From: Auanema rhodensis
Lineage: Eukaryota > Animalia > Nematoda
NCBI GenBank assembly: GCA_964057225.1
Contig: OZ059900.1
Location: forward strand, 9,114,001-9,178,000
Direction of reading: 5' to 3'
Length of the DNA: 64,000 bases
A program made the position numbers and the translations under genes. This document shows, piece by piece, positions 1-15,000 of the stretch. Below the pieces are notes generated by a model. It made no database searches and was not told the DNA's origin. It saw nothing but the letters and a program-made list of their open reading frames with translations. Within the stretch, counting starts at the first letter, position 1. The number at the start of each line of letters is the position of its first letter.

Positions 1-3000
1 TTGTTTCGAAAATTTTAATTTTTGTTGGAATTTCAATCGATATCATCTTTTCCCTATACATGTTGTTTTGAAAATCAATATGGAATTATCTATAGTTTTG
101 ACTGATACTTGTGATTCTATATAGATATTTCCTTCTCTTTAATCATCTTCATTATTGAATTGAATTGTTTCGAAAATTTTAATTTTTGTCGAAATTTCAA
201 TCGATATCATCTTTTCCCTATACATGTTGTTTTGAAAATCAATATGGAATTATCTATAGTTTTGACTGATACTTGTGATTCTATATAGATATTTCCTTCT
301 CTTTAATCATCTTCATTATTGAATTGAATTGTTTCGAAAATTTTAATTTTTGTTGGAATTTCAATCGATATCATCTTTTCCCTATACATGTTGTTTTGAA
401 AATCAATATGGAATTATCTATAGTTTTGACTGATACTTGTGATTCTATATAGATATTTCCTTCTCTTTAATCATCTTCATTATTGAATTGAATTGTTTCG
501 AAAATTTTAATTTTTGTTGGAATTTCAATCGATATCATCTTTTCCCTATACATGTTGTTTTGAAAATCAATATGGAATTATCTATAGTTTTGACTGATAC
601 TTGTGATTCTATATAGATATTTCCTTCTCTTTAATCATCTTCATTATTTAATTGAATTGTTTCGAAAATTTTAATTTTTGTCGAAATTTCAATCGATATC
701 ATCTTTTCCCTATACATGTTGTTTTGAAAATCAATATGGAATTATCTATAGTTTTGACTGATACTTGTGATTCTATATAGATATTTCCTTCTCTTTAATC
801 ATCTTCATTATTGAATTGAATTGTTTCGAAAATTTTAATTTTTGTTGGAATTTCAATCGATATCATCTTTTCCCTATACATGTTGTTTTGAAAATCAATA
901 TGGAATTATCTATAGTTTTGACTGATACTTGTGATTCTATATAGATATTTCCTTCTCTTTAATCATCTTCATTATTGAATTGAATTGTTTCGAAAATTTT
1001 AATTTTTGTTGGAATTTCAATCGATATCATCTTTTCCCTATACATGTTGTTTTGAAAATCAATATGGAATTATCTATAGTTTTGACTGATACTTGTGATT
1101 CTATATAGATATTTCCTTCTCTTTAATCATCTTCATTATTTAATTGAATTGTTTCGAAAATTTTAATTTTTGTTGGAATTTCAATCGATATCATCTTTTC
1201 CCTATACATGTTGTTTTGAAAATCAATATGGAATTATCTATAGTTTTGACTGTTACTTGTGATTCTATATAGATATTTCCTTCTCTTTAATCATCTTCAT
1301 TATTGAATTGAATTGTTTTGAATAATATTATTTTTGTTGAAATTTCAATCGATATCATCTTTTCCCTATACATGTTGTTTTGAAAATCAATATGGAATTA
1401 TCTATAGTTTTGACTGATACTTGTGATTCTATATAGATATTTCCTTCTCTTTAATCATCTTTATTATTGAATTGAATTGTTTTGAATAATATTATTTTTG
1501 TTGAAATTTCAATCGATATCATCTTTTCCCTATAGATGTTGTTTTGAAAATCAATATGGAATTATCTATAGTTTTGACTGTTACTTGTGATTCTATATAG
1601 ATATTTCCTTCTCTTTAATCATCTTCATTATTGAATTGAATTGTTTTGAATAATATTATTTTTGTTGAAATTTCAATCGATATCATCTTTTCCCTATAGA
1701 TGTTGTTTTGAAAATCAATATGGAATTATCTATAGTTTTGACTGTTACTTGTGATTCTATATAGATATTTCCTTCTCTTTAATCATCTTCATTATTGAAT
1801 TGAATTGTTTTGAATAATATTATTTTTGTTGAAATTTCAATCGATATCATCTTTTCCCTATACATGTTGTTTTGAAAATCAATATGGAATTATCTATAGT
1901 TTTGACTGATACTTGTGATTCTATATAGATATTTCCTTCTCTTTAATCATCTTTATTATTGAATTGAATTGTTTTGAATAATATTATTTTTGTTGAAATT
2001 TCAATCGATATCATCTTTTCCCTATACATGTTGTTTTGAAAATCAATATGGAATTATCTATAGTTTTGACTGTTACTTGTGATTCTATATAGATATTTCC
2101 TTCTCTTTAATCATCTTTATTATTGAATTGAATTGTTTTGAATAATATTATTTTTGTTGAAATTTCAATCGATATCATCTTTTCCCTATACATGTTGTTT
2201 TGAAAATCAATATGGAATTATCTATAGTTTTGACTGATACTTGTGATTCTATATAGATATTTCCTTCTCTTTAATCATCTTTATTATTGAATTGAATTGT
2301 TTTGAATAATATTATTTTTGTTGAAATTTCAATCGATATCATCTTTTCCCTATACATGTTGTTTTGAAAATCAATATGGAATTATCTATAGTTTTGACTG
2401 ATACTTGTGATTCTATATAGATATTTCCTTCTCTTTAATCATCTTTATTATTGAATTGAATTGTTTTGAATAATATTATTTTTGTTGAAATTTCAATCGA
2501 TATCATCTTTTCCCTATACATGTTGTTTTGAAAATCAATATGGAATTATCTATAGTTTTGACTGATACTTGTGATTCTATATAGATATTTCCTTCTCTTT
2601 AATCATCTTTATTATTGAATTGAATTGTTTTGAATAATATTATTTTTGTTGAAATTTCAATCGATATCATCTTTTCCCTATACATGTTGTTTTGAAAATC
2701 AATATGGAATTATCTATAGTTTTGACTGATACTTGTGATTCTATATAGATATTTCCTTCTCTTTAATCATCTTTATTATTGAATTGAATTGTTTTGAATA
2801 ATATTATTTTTGTTGAAATTTCAATCGATATCATCTTTTCCCTATAGATGTTGTTTTGAAAATCAATATGGAATTATCTATAGTTTTGACTGTTACTTGT
2901 GATTCTATATAGATATTTCCTTCTCTTTAATCATCTTCATTATTGAATTGAATTGTTTTGAATATTATTATTTTTGTTGAAATTTCAATCGATATCATCT

Positions 3001-6000
3001 CTTCCCTATAGATGTTGTTTTGAAAATCAATATGGAATTATCTATAGTTTTGACTGTTACTTGTGATTCTATATAGATATTTCCTTCTCTTTAATCATCT
3101 TCATTATTGAATTGAATTGTTTCGAAAATTTTAATTTTTGTTGGAATTTCAATCGATATCATCTTTTCCCTATACATGTTGTTTTGAAAATCAATATGGA
3201 ATTATCTATAGTTTTGACTGATACTTGTGATTCTATATAGATATTTCCTTCTCTTTAATCATCTTTATTATTGAATTGAATTGTTTTGAATAATATTATT
3301 TTTGTTGAAATTTCAATCGATATCATCTTTTCCCTATAGATGTTGTTTTGAAAATCAATATGGAATTATCTATAGTTTTGACTGTTACTTGTGATTCTAT
3401 ATAGATATTTCCTTCTCTTTAATCATCTTCATTATTGAATTGAATTGTTTTGAATAATATTATTTTTGTTGAAATTTCAATCGATATCATCTTTTCCCTA
3501 TACATGTTGTTTTGAAAATCAACATGGAATTATCTATAGTTTTGACTGTTACTTGTGATTCTATATAGATATTTCCTTCTCTTTAATCATCTTCATTATT
3601 GAATTGAATTGTTTTGAATAATATTATTTTTGTTGAAATTTCAATCGATATCATCTTTTCCCTATACATGTTGTTTTGAAAATCAATATGGAATTATCAA
3701 TAGTTTTTACTTTTACTTGTGATTATCTATAGATATTTCCTTCTCTTTAATCATCTTCATTATTTAATTGAATTGTTTCGAAAATTTTAATTTTTGTCGA
3801 AATTTCAATCGATATCATCTTTTCCCTATACATGTTGTTTTGAAAATCAATATGGAATTGTCTATAGTTTCGACTGTTACTTGTGATTCTATATAGATAT
3901 TTCCTTCTCTTTAATCATCTTCATTATTGAATTGAATTGTTTTGAATAATATTATTTTTGTTGAAATTTCAATCGATATCATCTTTTCCCTATACATGTT
4001 GTTTTGAAAATCAACATGGAATTATCTATAGTTTTGACTGTTACTTGTGATTCTATATAGATATTTCCTTCTCTTTACTCATCTTCATTATTGAATTGAA
4101 TTGTTTCGAAAATTTTAATTTTTGTTGGAATTTCAATCGATATCATCTTTTCCCTATACATGTTGTTTTGAAAATCAACATGGAATTATCTATAGTTTTG
4201 ACTGTTACTTGTGATTCTATATAGATATTTCCTTCTCTTTAATCATCTTCATTATTGAATTGAATTGTTTTGAATAATATTATTTTTGTTGAAATTTCAA
4301 TCGATATCATCTTTTCCCTATACATGTTGTTTTGAAAATCAATATGGAATTATCAATAGTTTTTACTTTTACTTGTGATTATCTATAGATATTTCCTTCT
4401 CTTTAATCATCTTCATTATTGAATTGAATTGTTTCGAAAATTTTAATTTTTGTTGGAATTTCAATCGATATCATCTTTTCCCTATACATGTTGTTTTGAA
4501 AATCAATATGGAATTATCTATAGTTTTGACTGATACTTGTGATTCTATATAGATATTTCCTTCTCTTTAATCATCTTCATTATTGAATTGAATTGTTTTG
4601 AATAATATTATTTTTGTTGAAATTTCAATCGATATCATCTTTTCCCTATACATGTTGTTTTGAAAATCAATATGGAATTATCTATAGTTTTGACTGTTAC
4701 TTGTGATTCTATATAGATATTTCCTTCTCTTTAATCATCTTCATTATTGAATTGAATTGTTTCGAAAATTTTAATTTTTGTTGGAATTTCAATCGATATC
4801 ATCTTTTCCCTATACATGTTGTTTTGAAAATCAATATGGAATTATCTATAGTTTTGACTGATACTTGTGATTCTATATAGATATTTCCTTCTCTTTAATC
4901 ATCTTCATTATTGAATTGAATTGTTTTGAATAATATTATTTTTGTTGAAATTTCAATCGATATCATCTTTTCCCTATACATGTTGTTTTGAAAATCAATA
5001 TGGAATTATCTATAGTTTTGACTGATACTTGTGATTCTATATAGATATTTCCTTCTCTTTAATCATCTTCATTATTGAATTGAATTGTTTTGAATAATAT
5101 TATTTTTGTTGAAATTTCAATCGATATCATCTTTTCCCTATACATGTTGTTTTGAAAATCAATATGGAATTATCTATAGTTTTGACTGTTACTTGTGATT
5201 CTATATAGATATTTCCTTCTCTTTAATCATCTTCATTATTGAATTGATTTGTTTCGAAAATTTTAATTTTTGTTGGAATTTCAATCGATATCATCTTTTC
5301 CCTATACATGTTGTTTTGAAAATCAATATGGAATTATCTATAGTTTTGACTGATACTTGTGATTCTATATAGATATTTCCTTCTCTTTAATCATCTTTAT
5401 TATTGAATTGAATTGTTTTGAATAATATTATTTTTGTTGAAATTTCAATCGATATCATCTTTTCCCTATAGATGTTGTTTTGAAAATCAATATGGAATTA
5501 TCTATAGTTTTGACTGTTACTTGTGATTCTATATAGATATTTCCTTCTCTTTAATCATCTTCATTATTGAATTGAATTGTTTTGAATAATATTATTTTTG
5601 TTGAAATTTCAATCGATATCATCTTTTCCCTATACATGTTGTTTTGAAAATCAATATGGAATTATCTATAGTTTTGACTGATACTTGTGATTCTATATAG
5701 ATATTTCCTTCTCTTTAATCATCTTCATTATTGAATTGAATTGTTTTGAATAATATTATTTTTGTTGAAATTTCAATCGATATCATCTTTTCCCTATACA
5801 TGTTGTTTTGAAAATCAATATGGAATTATCTATAGTTTTGACTGATACTTGTGATTCTATATAGATATTTCCTTCTCTTTAATCATCTTCATTATTGAAT
5901 TGAATTGTTTTGAATAATATTATTTTTGTTGAAATTTCAATCGATATCATCTTTTCCCTATACATGTTGTTTTGAAAATCAATATGGAATTATCTATAGT

Positions 6001-9000
6001 TTTGACTGTTACTTGTGATTCTATATAGATATTTCCTTCTCTTTAATCATCTTCATTATTGAATTGATTTGTTTCGAAAATTTTAATTTTTGTTGGAATT
6101 TCAATCGATATCATCTTTTCCCTATACATGTTGTTTTGAAAATCAATATGGAATTATCTATAGTTTTGACTGATACTTGTGATTCTATATAGATATTTCC
6201 TTCTCTTTAATCATCTTTATTATTGAATTGAATTGTTTTGAATAATATTATTTTTGTTGAAATTTCAATCGATATCATCTTTTCCCTATAGATGTTGTTT
6301 TGAAAATCAATATGGAATTATCTATAGTTTTGACTGTTACTTGTGATTCTATATAGATATTTCCTTCTCTTTAATCATCTTCATTATTGAATTGAATTGT
6401 TTTGAATAATATTATTTTTGTTGAAATTTCAATCGATATCATCTTTTCCCTATACATGTTGTTTTGAAAATCAATATGGAATTATCTATAGTTTTGACTG
6501 ATACTTGTGATTCTATATAGATATTTCCTTCTCTTTAATCATCTTTATTATTGAATTGAATTGTTTTGAATAATATTATTTTTGTTGAAATTTCAATCGA
6601 TATCATCTTTTCCCTATACATGTTGTTTTGAAAATCAATATGGAATTATCTATAGTTTTGACTGTTACTTGTGATTCTATATAGATCTCTCTTTCTGTTT
6701 AATCATTTTCAGTATTGAATTGAATTGTTTTGAATAATATTATTTTTGTTGAAATTTCAATCGATATCATCTCTTCCCTATAGATGTTGTTTTGAAAATC
6801 AATATGGAATTATCTATAGTTTTGACTGTTACTTGTGATTCTATATAGATATTTCCTTCTCTTTAATCATCTTCATTATTGAATTGAATTGTTTTGAATA
6901 ATATTATTTTTGTTGAAATTTCAATCGATATCATCTCTTCCCTATAGATGTTGTTTTGAAAATCAATATGGAATTATCTATAGTTTTGACTGTTACTTGT
7001 GATTCTATATAGATATTTCCTTCTCTTTAATCATCTTCATTATTGAATTGAATTGTTTTGAAAATTTTAATTTTTGTTGAAATTTCAATCGATATCATCT
7101 CTTCCCTATAGATGTTGTTTTGAAAATCAATATGGAATTATCTATAGTTTTGACTGTTACTTGTGATTCTATATAGATATTTCCTTCTCTTTAATCATCT
7201 TCATTATTGAATTGAATTGTTTTGAAAATTTTAATTTTTGTTGGAATTTCAATCGATATCATCTTTTCCCTATACATGTTGTTTTGAAAATCAATATGGA
7301 ATTATCTATAGTTTTGACTGTTACTTGTGATTCTATATAGATATTTCCTTCTCTTTAATCATCTTCATTATTGAATTGAATTGTTTTGAAAATTTTAATT
7401 TTTGTTGGAATTTCAATCGATATCATCTTTTCCCTATACATGTTGTTTTGAAAATCAATATGGAATTATCTATAGTTTTGACTGTTACTTGTGATTCTAT
7501 ATAGATATTTCCTTCTCTTTAATCATCTTCATTATTGAATTGAATTGTTTCGAAAATTTTAATTTTTGTTGGAATTTCAATCGATATCATCTTTTCCCTA
7601 TACATGTTGTTTTGAAAATCAATATGGAATTATCTATAGTTTTGACTGATACTTGTGATTCTATATAGATATTTCCTTCTCTTTAATCATCTTCATTATT
7701 GAATTGAATTGTTTTGAATAATATTATTTTTGTTGAAATTTCAATCGATATCATCTTTTCCCTATAGATGTTGTTTTGAAAATCAATATGGAATTATCTA
7801 TAGTTTTGACTGTTACTTGTGATTCTATATAGATATTTCCTTCTTTTTAATCATCTTCATTATTGAATTGAATTGTTTTGAATAATATTATTTTTGTTGA
7901 AATTTCAATCGATATCATCTCTTCCCTATACATGTTGTTTTGAAAATCAACATGGAATTATCTATAGTTTTGACTGTTACTTGTGATTCTATATAGATAT
8001 TTCCTTCTCTTTACTCATCTTCATTATTGAATTGAATTGTTTTGAATAATATTATTTTTGTTGAAATTTCAATCGATATCATCTTTTCCCTATACATGTT
8101 GTTTTGAAAATCAACATGGAATTATCTATAGTTTTGACTGTTACTTGTGATTCTATATAGATATTTCCTTCTCTTTAATCATCTTCATTATTGAATTGAA
8201 TTGTTTTGAATAATATTATTTTTGTTGAAATTTCAATCGATATCATCTTTTCCCTATACATGTTGTTTTGAAAATCAACATGGAATTATCTATAGTTTTG
8301 ACTGTTACTTGTGATTCTATATAGATATTTCCTTCTCTTTAATCATCTTCATTATTGAATTGAATTGTTTTGAATAATATTATTTTTGTTGAAATTTCAA
8401 TCGATATCATCTTTTCCCTATACATGTTGTTTTGAAAATCAACATGGAATTATCTATAGTTTTGACTGTTACTTGTGATTCTATATAGATATTTCCTTCT
8501 CTTTAATCATCTTCATTATTGAATTGAATTGTTTTGAATAATATTATTTTTGTTGAAATTTCAATCGATATCATCTTTTCCCTATACATGTTGTTTTGAA
8601 AATCAACATGGAATTATCTATAGTTTTGACTGTTACTTGTGATTCTATATAGATATTTCCTTCTCTTTAATCATCTTCATTATTGAATTGAATTGTTTTG
8701 AATAATATTATTTTTGTTGAAATTTCAATCGATATCATCTTTTCCCTATACATGTTGTTTTGAAAATCAACATGGAATTATCTATAGTTTTGACTGTTAC
8801 TTGTGATTCTATATAGATATTTCCTTCTCTTTAATCATCTTCATTATTGAATTGAATTGTTTTGAATAATATTATTTTTGTTGAAATTTCAATCGATATC
8901 ATCTTTTCCCTATACATGTTGTTTTGAAAATCAACATGGAATTATCTATAGTTTTGACTGTTACTTGTGATTCTATATAGATATTTCCTTCTCTTTAATC

Positions 9001-12000
9001 ATCTTCATTATTGAATTGAATTGTTTTGAATAATATTATTTTTGTTGAAATTTCAATCGATATCATCTTTTCCCTATACATGTTGTTTTGAAAATCAACA
9101 TGGAATTATCTATAGTTTTGACTGTTACTTGTGATTCTATATAGATATTTCCTTCTCTTTAATCATCTTCATTATTGAATTGAATTGTTTTGAATAATAT
9201 TATTTTTGTTGAAATTTCAATCGATATCATCTTTTCCCTATACATGTTGTTTTGAAAATCAACATGGAATTATCTATAGTTTTGACTGTTACTTGTGATT
9301 CTATATAGATATTTCCTTCTCTTTAATCATCTTCATTATTGAATTGAATTGTTTTGAATAATATTATTTTTGTTGAAATTTCAATCGATATCATCTTTTC
9401 CCTATACATGTTGTTTTGAAAATCAATATGGAATTATCAATAGTTTTTACTTTTACTTGTGATTCTATATAGATATTTCCTTCTCTTTAATCATCTTCAT
9501 TATTGAATTGAATTGTTTTGAATAATATTATTTTTGTTGAAATTTCAATCGATATCATCTTTTCCCTATACATGTTGTTTTGAAAATCAACATGGAATTA
9601 TCTATAGTTTTGACTGTTACTTGTGATTCTATATAGATATTTCCTTCTCTTTAATCATCTTCATTATTGAATTGAATTGTTTTGAATAATATTATTTTTG
9701 TTGAAATTTCAATCGATATCATCTTTTCCCTATACATGTTGTTTTGAAAATCAATATGGAATTGTCTATAGTTTCGACTGTTACTTGTGATTCTATATAG
9801 ATATTTCCTTCTCTTTAATCATCTTCATTATTGAATTGAATTGTTTTGAATAATATTATTTTTGTTGAAATTTCAATCGATATCATCTTTTCCCTATACA
9901 TGTTGTTTTGAAAATCAACATGGAATTATCTATAGTTTTGACTGTTACTTGTGATTCTATATAGATATTTCCTTCTCTTTAATCATCTTCATTATTGAAT
10001 TGAATTGTTTTGAATAATATTATTTTTGTTGAAATTTCAATCGATATCATCTTTTCCCTATACATGTTGTTTTGAAAATCAACATGGAATTATCTATAGT
10101 TTTGACTGTTACTTGTGATTCTATATAGATATTTCCTTCTCTTTAATCATCTTCATTATTGAATTGAATTGTTTTGAATAATATTATTTTTGTTGAAATT
10201 TCAATCGATATCATCTTTTCCCTATACATGTTGTTTTGAAAATCAATATGGAATTATCTATAGTTTTGACTGTTACTTGTGATTCTATATAGATATTTCC
10301 TTCTCTTTAATCATCTTCATTATTGAATTGAATTGTTTTGAATAATATTATTTTTGTTGAAATTTCAATCGATATCATCTTTTCCCTATACATGTTGTTT
10401 TGAAAATCAATATGGAATTATCAATAGTTTTTACTTTTACTTGTGATTCTATATAGATATTTCCTTCTCTTTAATCATCTTCATTATTGAATTGAATTGT
10501 TTTGAATAATATTATTTTTGTTGAAATTTCAATCGATATCATCTTTTCCCTATACATGTTGTTTTGAAAATCAACATGGAATTATCTATAGTTTTGACTG
10601 TTACTTGTGATTCTATATAGATATTTCCTTCTCTTTAATCATCTTCATTATTGAATTGAATTGTTTTGAATAATATTATTTTTGTTGAAATTTCAATCGA
10701 TATCATCTTTTCCCTATACATGTTGTTTTGAAAATCAATATGGAATTGTCTATAGTTTCGACTGTTACTTGTGATTCTATATAGATATTTCCTTCTCTTT
10801 AATCATCTTCATTATTGAATTGAATTGTTTTGAATAATATTATTTTTGTTGAAATTTCAATCGATATCATCTTTTCCCTATACATGTTGTTTTGAAAATC
10901 AACATGGAATTATCTATAGTTTTGACTGTTACTTGTGATTCTATATAGATATTTCCTTCTCTTTAATCATCTTCATTATTGAATTGAATTGTTTTGAATA
11001 ATATTATTTTTGTTGAAATTTCAATCGATATCATCTTTTCCCTATACATGTTGTTTTGAAAATCAATATGGAATTATCAATAGTTTTTACTTTTACTTGT
11101 GATTCTATATAGATATTTCCTTCTCTTTAATCATCTTCATTATTGAATTGAATTGTTTTGAATAATATTATTTTTGTTGAAATTTCAATCGATATCATCT
11201 TTTCCCTATACATGTTGTTTTGAAAATCAACATGGAATTATCTATAGTTTTGACTGTTACTTGTGATTCTATATAGATATTTCCTTCTCTTTAATCATCT
11301 TCATTATTGAATTGAATTGTTTTGAATAATATTATTTTTGTTGAAATTTCAATCGATATCATCTTTTCCCTATACATGTTGTTTTGAAAATCAATATGGA
11401 ATTGTCTATAGTTTCGACTGTTACTTGTGATTCTATATAGATATTTCCTTCTCTTTAATCATCTTCATTATTGAATTGAATTGTTTTGAATAATATTATT
11501 TTTGTTGAAATTTCAATCGATATCATCTTTTCCCTATACATGTTGTTTTGAAAATCAACATGGAATTATCTATAGTTTTGACTGTTACTTGTGATTCTAT
11601 ATAGATATTTCCTTCTCTTTAATCATCTTCATTATTGAATTGAATTGTTTTGAATAATATTATTTTTGTTGAAATTTCAATCGATATCATCTTTTCCCTA
11701 TACATGTTGTTTTGAAAATCAACATGGAATTATCTATAGTTTTGACTGTTACTTGTGATTCTATATAGATATTTCCTTCTCTTTAATCATCTTCATTATT
11801 GAATTGAATTGTTTTGAATAATATTATTTTTGTTGAAATTTCAATCGATATCATCTTTTCCCTATACATGTTGTTTTGAAAATCAATATGGAATTATCAA
11901 TAGTTTTTACTTTTACTTGTGATTATCTATAGATATTTCCTTCTCTTTAATCATCTTCATTATTTAATTGAATTGTTTCGAAAATTTTAATTTTTGTCGA

Positions 12001-15000
12001 AATTTCAATCGATATCATCTTTTCCCTATACATGTTGTTTTGAAAATCAACATGGAATTATCTATAGTTTTGACTGTTACTTGTGATTCTATATAGATAT
12101 TTCCTTCTCTTTAATCATCTTCATTATTGAATTGAATTGTTTTGAATAATATTATTTTTGTTGAAATTTCAATCGATATCATCTTTTCCCTATACATGTT
12201 GTTTTGAAAATCAATATGGAATTATCAATAGTTTTTACTTTTACTTGTGATTATCTATAGATATTTCCTTCTCTTTAATCATCTTCATTATTGAATTGAA
12301 TTGTTTTGAATAATATTATTTTTGTTGAAATTTCAATCGATATCATCTTTTCCCTATACATGTTGTTTTGAAAATCAATATGGAATTGTCTATAGTTTCG
12401 ACTGTTACTTGTGATTCTATATAGATATTTCCTTCTCTTTAATCATCTTCATTATTGAATTGAATTGTTTTGAATAATATTATTTTTGTTGAAATTTCAA
12501 TCGATATCATCTTTTCCCTATACATGTTGTTTTGAAAATCAACATGGAATTATCTATAGTTTTGACTGTTACTTGTGATTCTATATAGATATTTCCTTCT
12601 CTTTAATCATCTTCATTATTGAATTGAATTGTTTTGAATAATATTATTTTTGTTGAAATTTCAATCGATATCATCTTTTCCCTATACATGTTGTTTTGAA
12701 AATCAACATGGAATTATCTATAGTTTTGACTGTTACTTGTGATTCTATATAGATATTTCCTTCTCTTTAATCATCTTCATTATTGAATTGAATTGTTTTG
12801 AATAATATTATTTTTGTTGAAATTTCAATCGATATCATCTTTTCCCTATACATGTTGTTTTGAAAATCAATATGGAATTATCAATAGTTTTTACTTTTAC
12901 TTGTGATTATCTATAGATATTTCCTTCTCTTTAATCATCTTCATTATTGAATTGAATTGTTTTGAATAATATTATTTTTGTTGAAATTTCAATCGATATC
13001 ATCTTTTCCCTATACATGTTGTTTTGAAAATCAATATGGAATTGTCTATAGTTTCGACTGTTACTTGTGATTCTATATAGATATTTCCTTCTCTTTAATC
13101 ATCTTCATTATTGAATTGAATTGTTTTGAATAATATTATTTTTGTTGAAATTTCAATCGATATCATCTTTTCCCTATACATGTTGTTTTGAAAATCAACA
13201 TGGAATTATCTATAGTTTTGACTGTTACTTGTGATTATCTATAGATATTTCCTTCTCTTTAATCATCTTCATTATTGAATTGAATTGTTTTGAATAATAT
13301 TATTTTTGTTGAAATTTCAATCGATATCATCTTTTCCCTATACATGTTGTTTTGAAAATCAATATGGAATTGTCTATAGTTTCGACTGTTACTTGTGATT
13401 CTATATAGATATTTCCTTCTCTTTAATCATCTTCATTATTGAATTGAATTGTTTTGAATAATATTATTTTTGTTGAAATTTCAATCGATATCATCTTTTC
13501 CCTATACATGTTGTTTTGAAAATCAATATGGAATTATCAATAGTTTTTACTTTTACTTGTGATTATCTATAGATATTTCCTTCTCTTTAATCATCTTCAT
13601 TATTTAATTGAATTGTTTCGAAAATTTTAATTTTTGTCGAAATTTCAATCGATATCATCTTTTCCCTATACATGTTGTTTTGAAAATCAACATGGAATTG
13701 TCTATAGTTTCGACTGTTACTTGTGATTCTATATAGATATTTCCTTCTCTTTAATCATCTTCATTATTGAATTGAATTGTTTTGAATAATATTATTTTTG
13801 TTGAAATTTCAATCGATATCATCTTTTCCCTATACATGTTGTTTTGAAAATCAATATGGAATTATCTATAGTTTTGACTGTTACTTGTGATTCTATATAG
13901 ATATTTCCTTCTCTTTAATCATCTTCATTATTGAATTGAATTGTTTTGAATAATATTATTTTTGTTGAAATTTCAATCGATATCATCTTTTCCCTATACA
14001 TGTTGTTTTGAAAATCAATATGGAATTATCAATAGTTTTTACTTTTACTTGTGATTATCTATAGATATTTCCTTCTCTTTAATCATCTTCATTATTTAAT
14101 TGAATTGTTTCGAAAATTTTAATTTTTGTCGAAATTTCAATCGATATCATCTTTTCCCTATACATGTTGTTTTGAAAATCAATATGGAATTGTCTATAGT
14201 TTCGACTGTTACTTGTGATTCTATATAGATATTTCCTTCTCTTTAATCATCTTCATTATTGAATTGAATTGTTTTGAATAATATTATTTTTGTTGAAATT
14301 TCAATCGATATCATCTTTTCCCTATACATGTTGTTTTGAAAATCAACATGGAATTATCTATAGTTTTGACTGTTACTTGTGATTCTATATAGATATTTCC
14401 TTCTCTTTAATCATCTTCATTATTGAATTGAATTGTTTTGAATAATATTATTTTTGTTGAAATTTCAATCGATATCATCTCTTCCCTATAGATGTTGTTT
14501 TGAAAATCAACATGGAATTATCAATAGTTTTGACTGTTACTTGTGATTCTATATAGATATTTCCTTCTCTTTACTCATCTTCATTATTGAATTGAATTGT
14601 TTCGAAAATTTTAATTTTTGTTGGAATTTCAATCGATATCATCTTTTCCCTATACATGTTGTTTTGAAAATCAACATGGAATTATCTATAGTTTTGACTG
14701 TTACTTGTGATTCTATATAGATATTTCCTTCTCTTTAATCATCTTCATTATTGAATTGAATTGTTTTGAATAATATTATTTTTGTTGAAATTTCAATCGA
14801 TATCATCTCTTCCCTATAGATGTTGTTTTGAAAATCAATATGGAATTATCAATAGTTTTTACTTTTACTTGTGATTCTATATAGATATTTCCTTCTCTTT
14901 AATCATCTTCAGTATTTAATTGTATTGTTTCGAAAATTTTAATTTTTGTCGAAATTTCAATCGATATCATCTTTTCCCTATACATGTTGTTTTGAAAATC

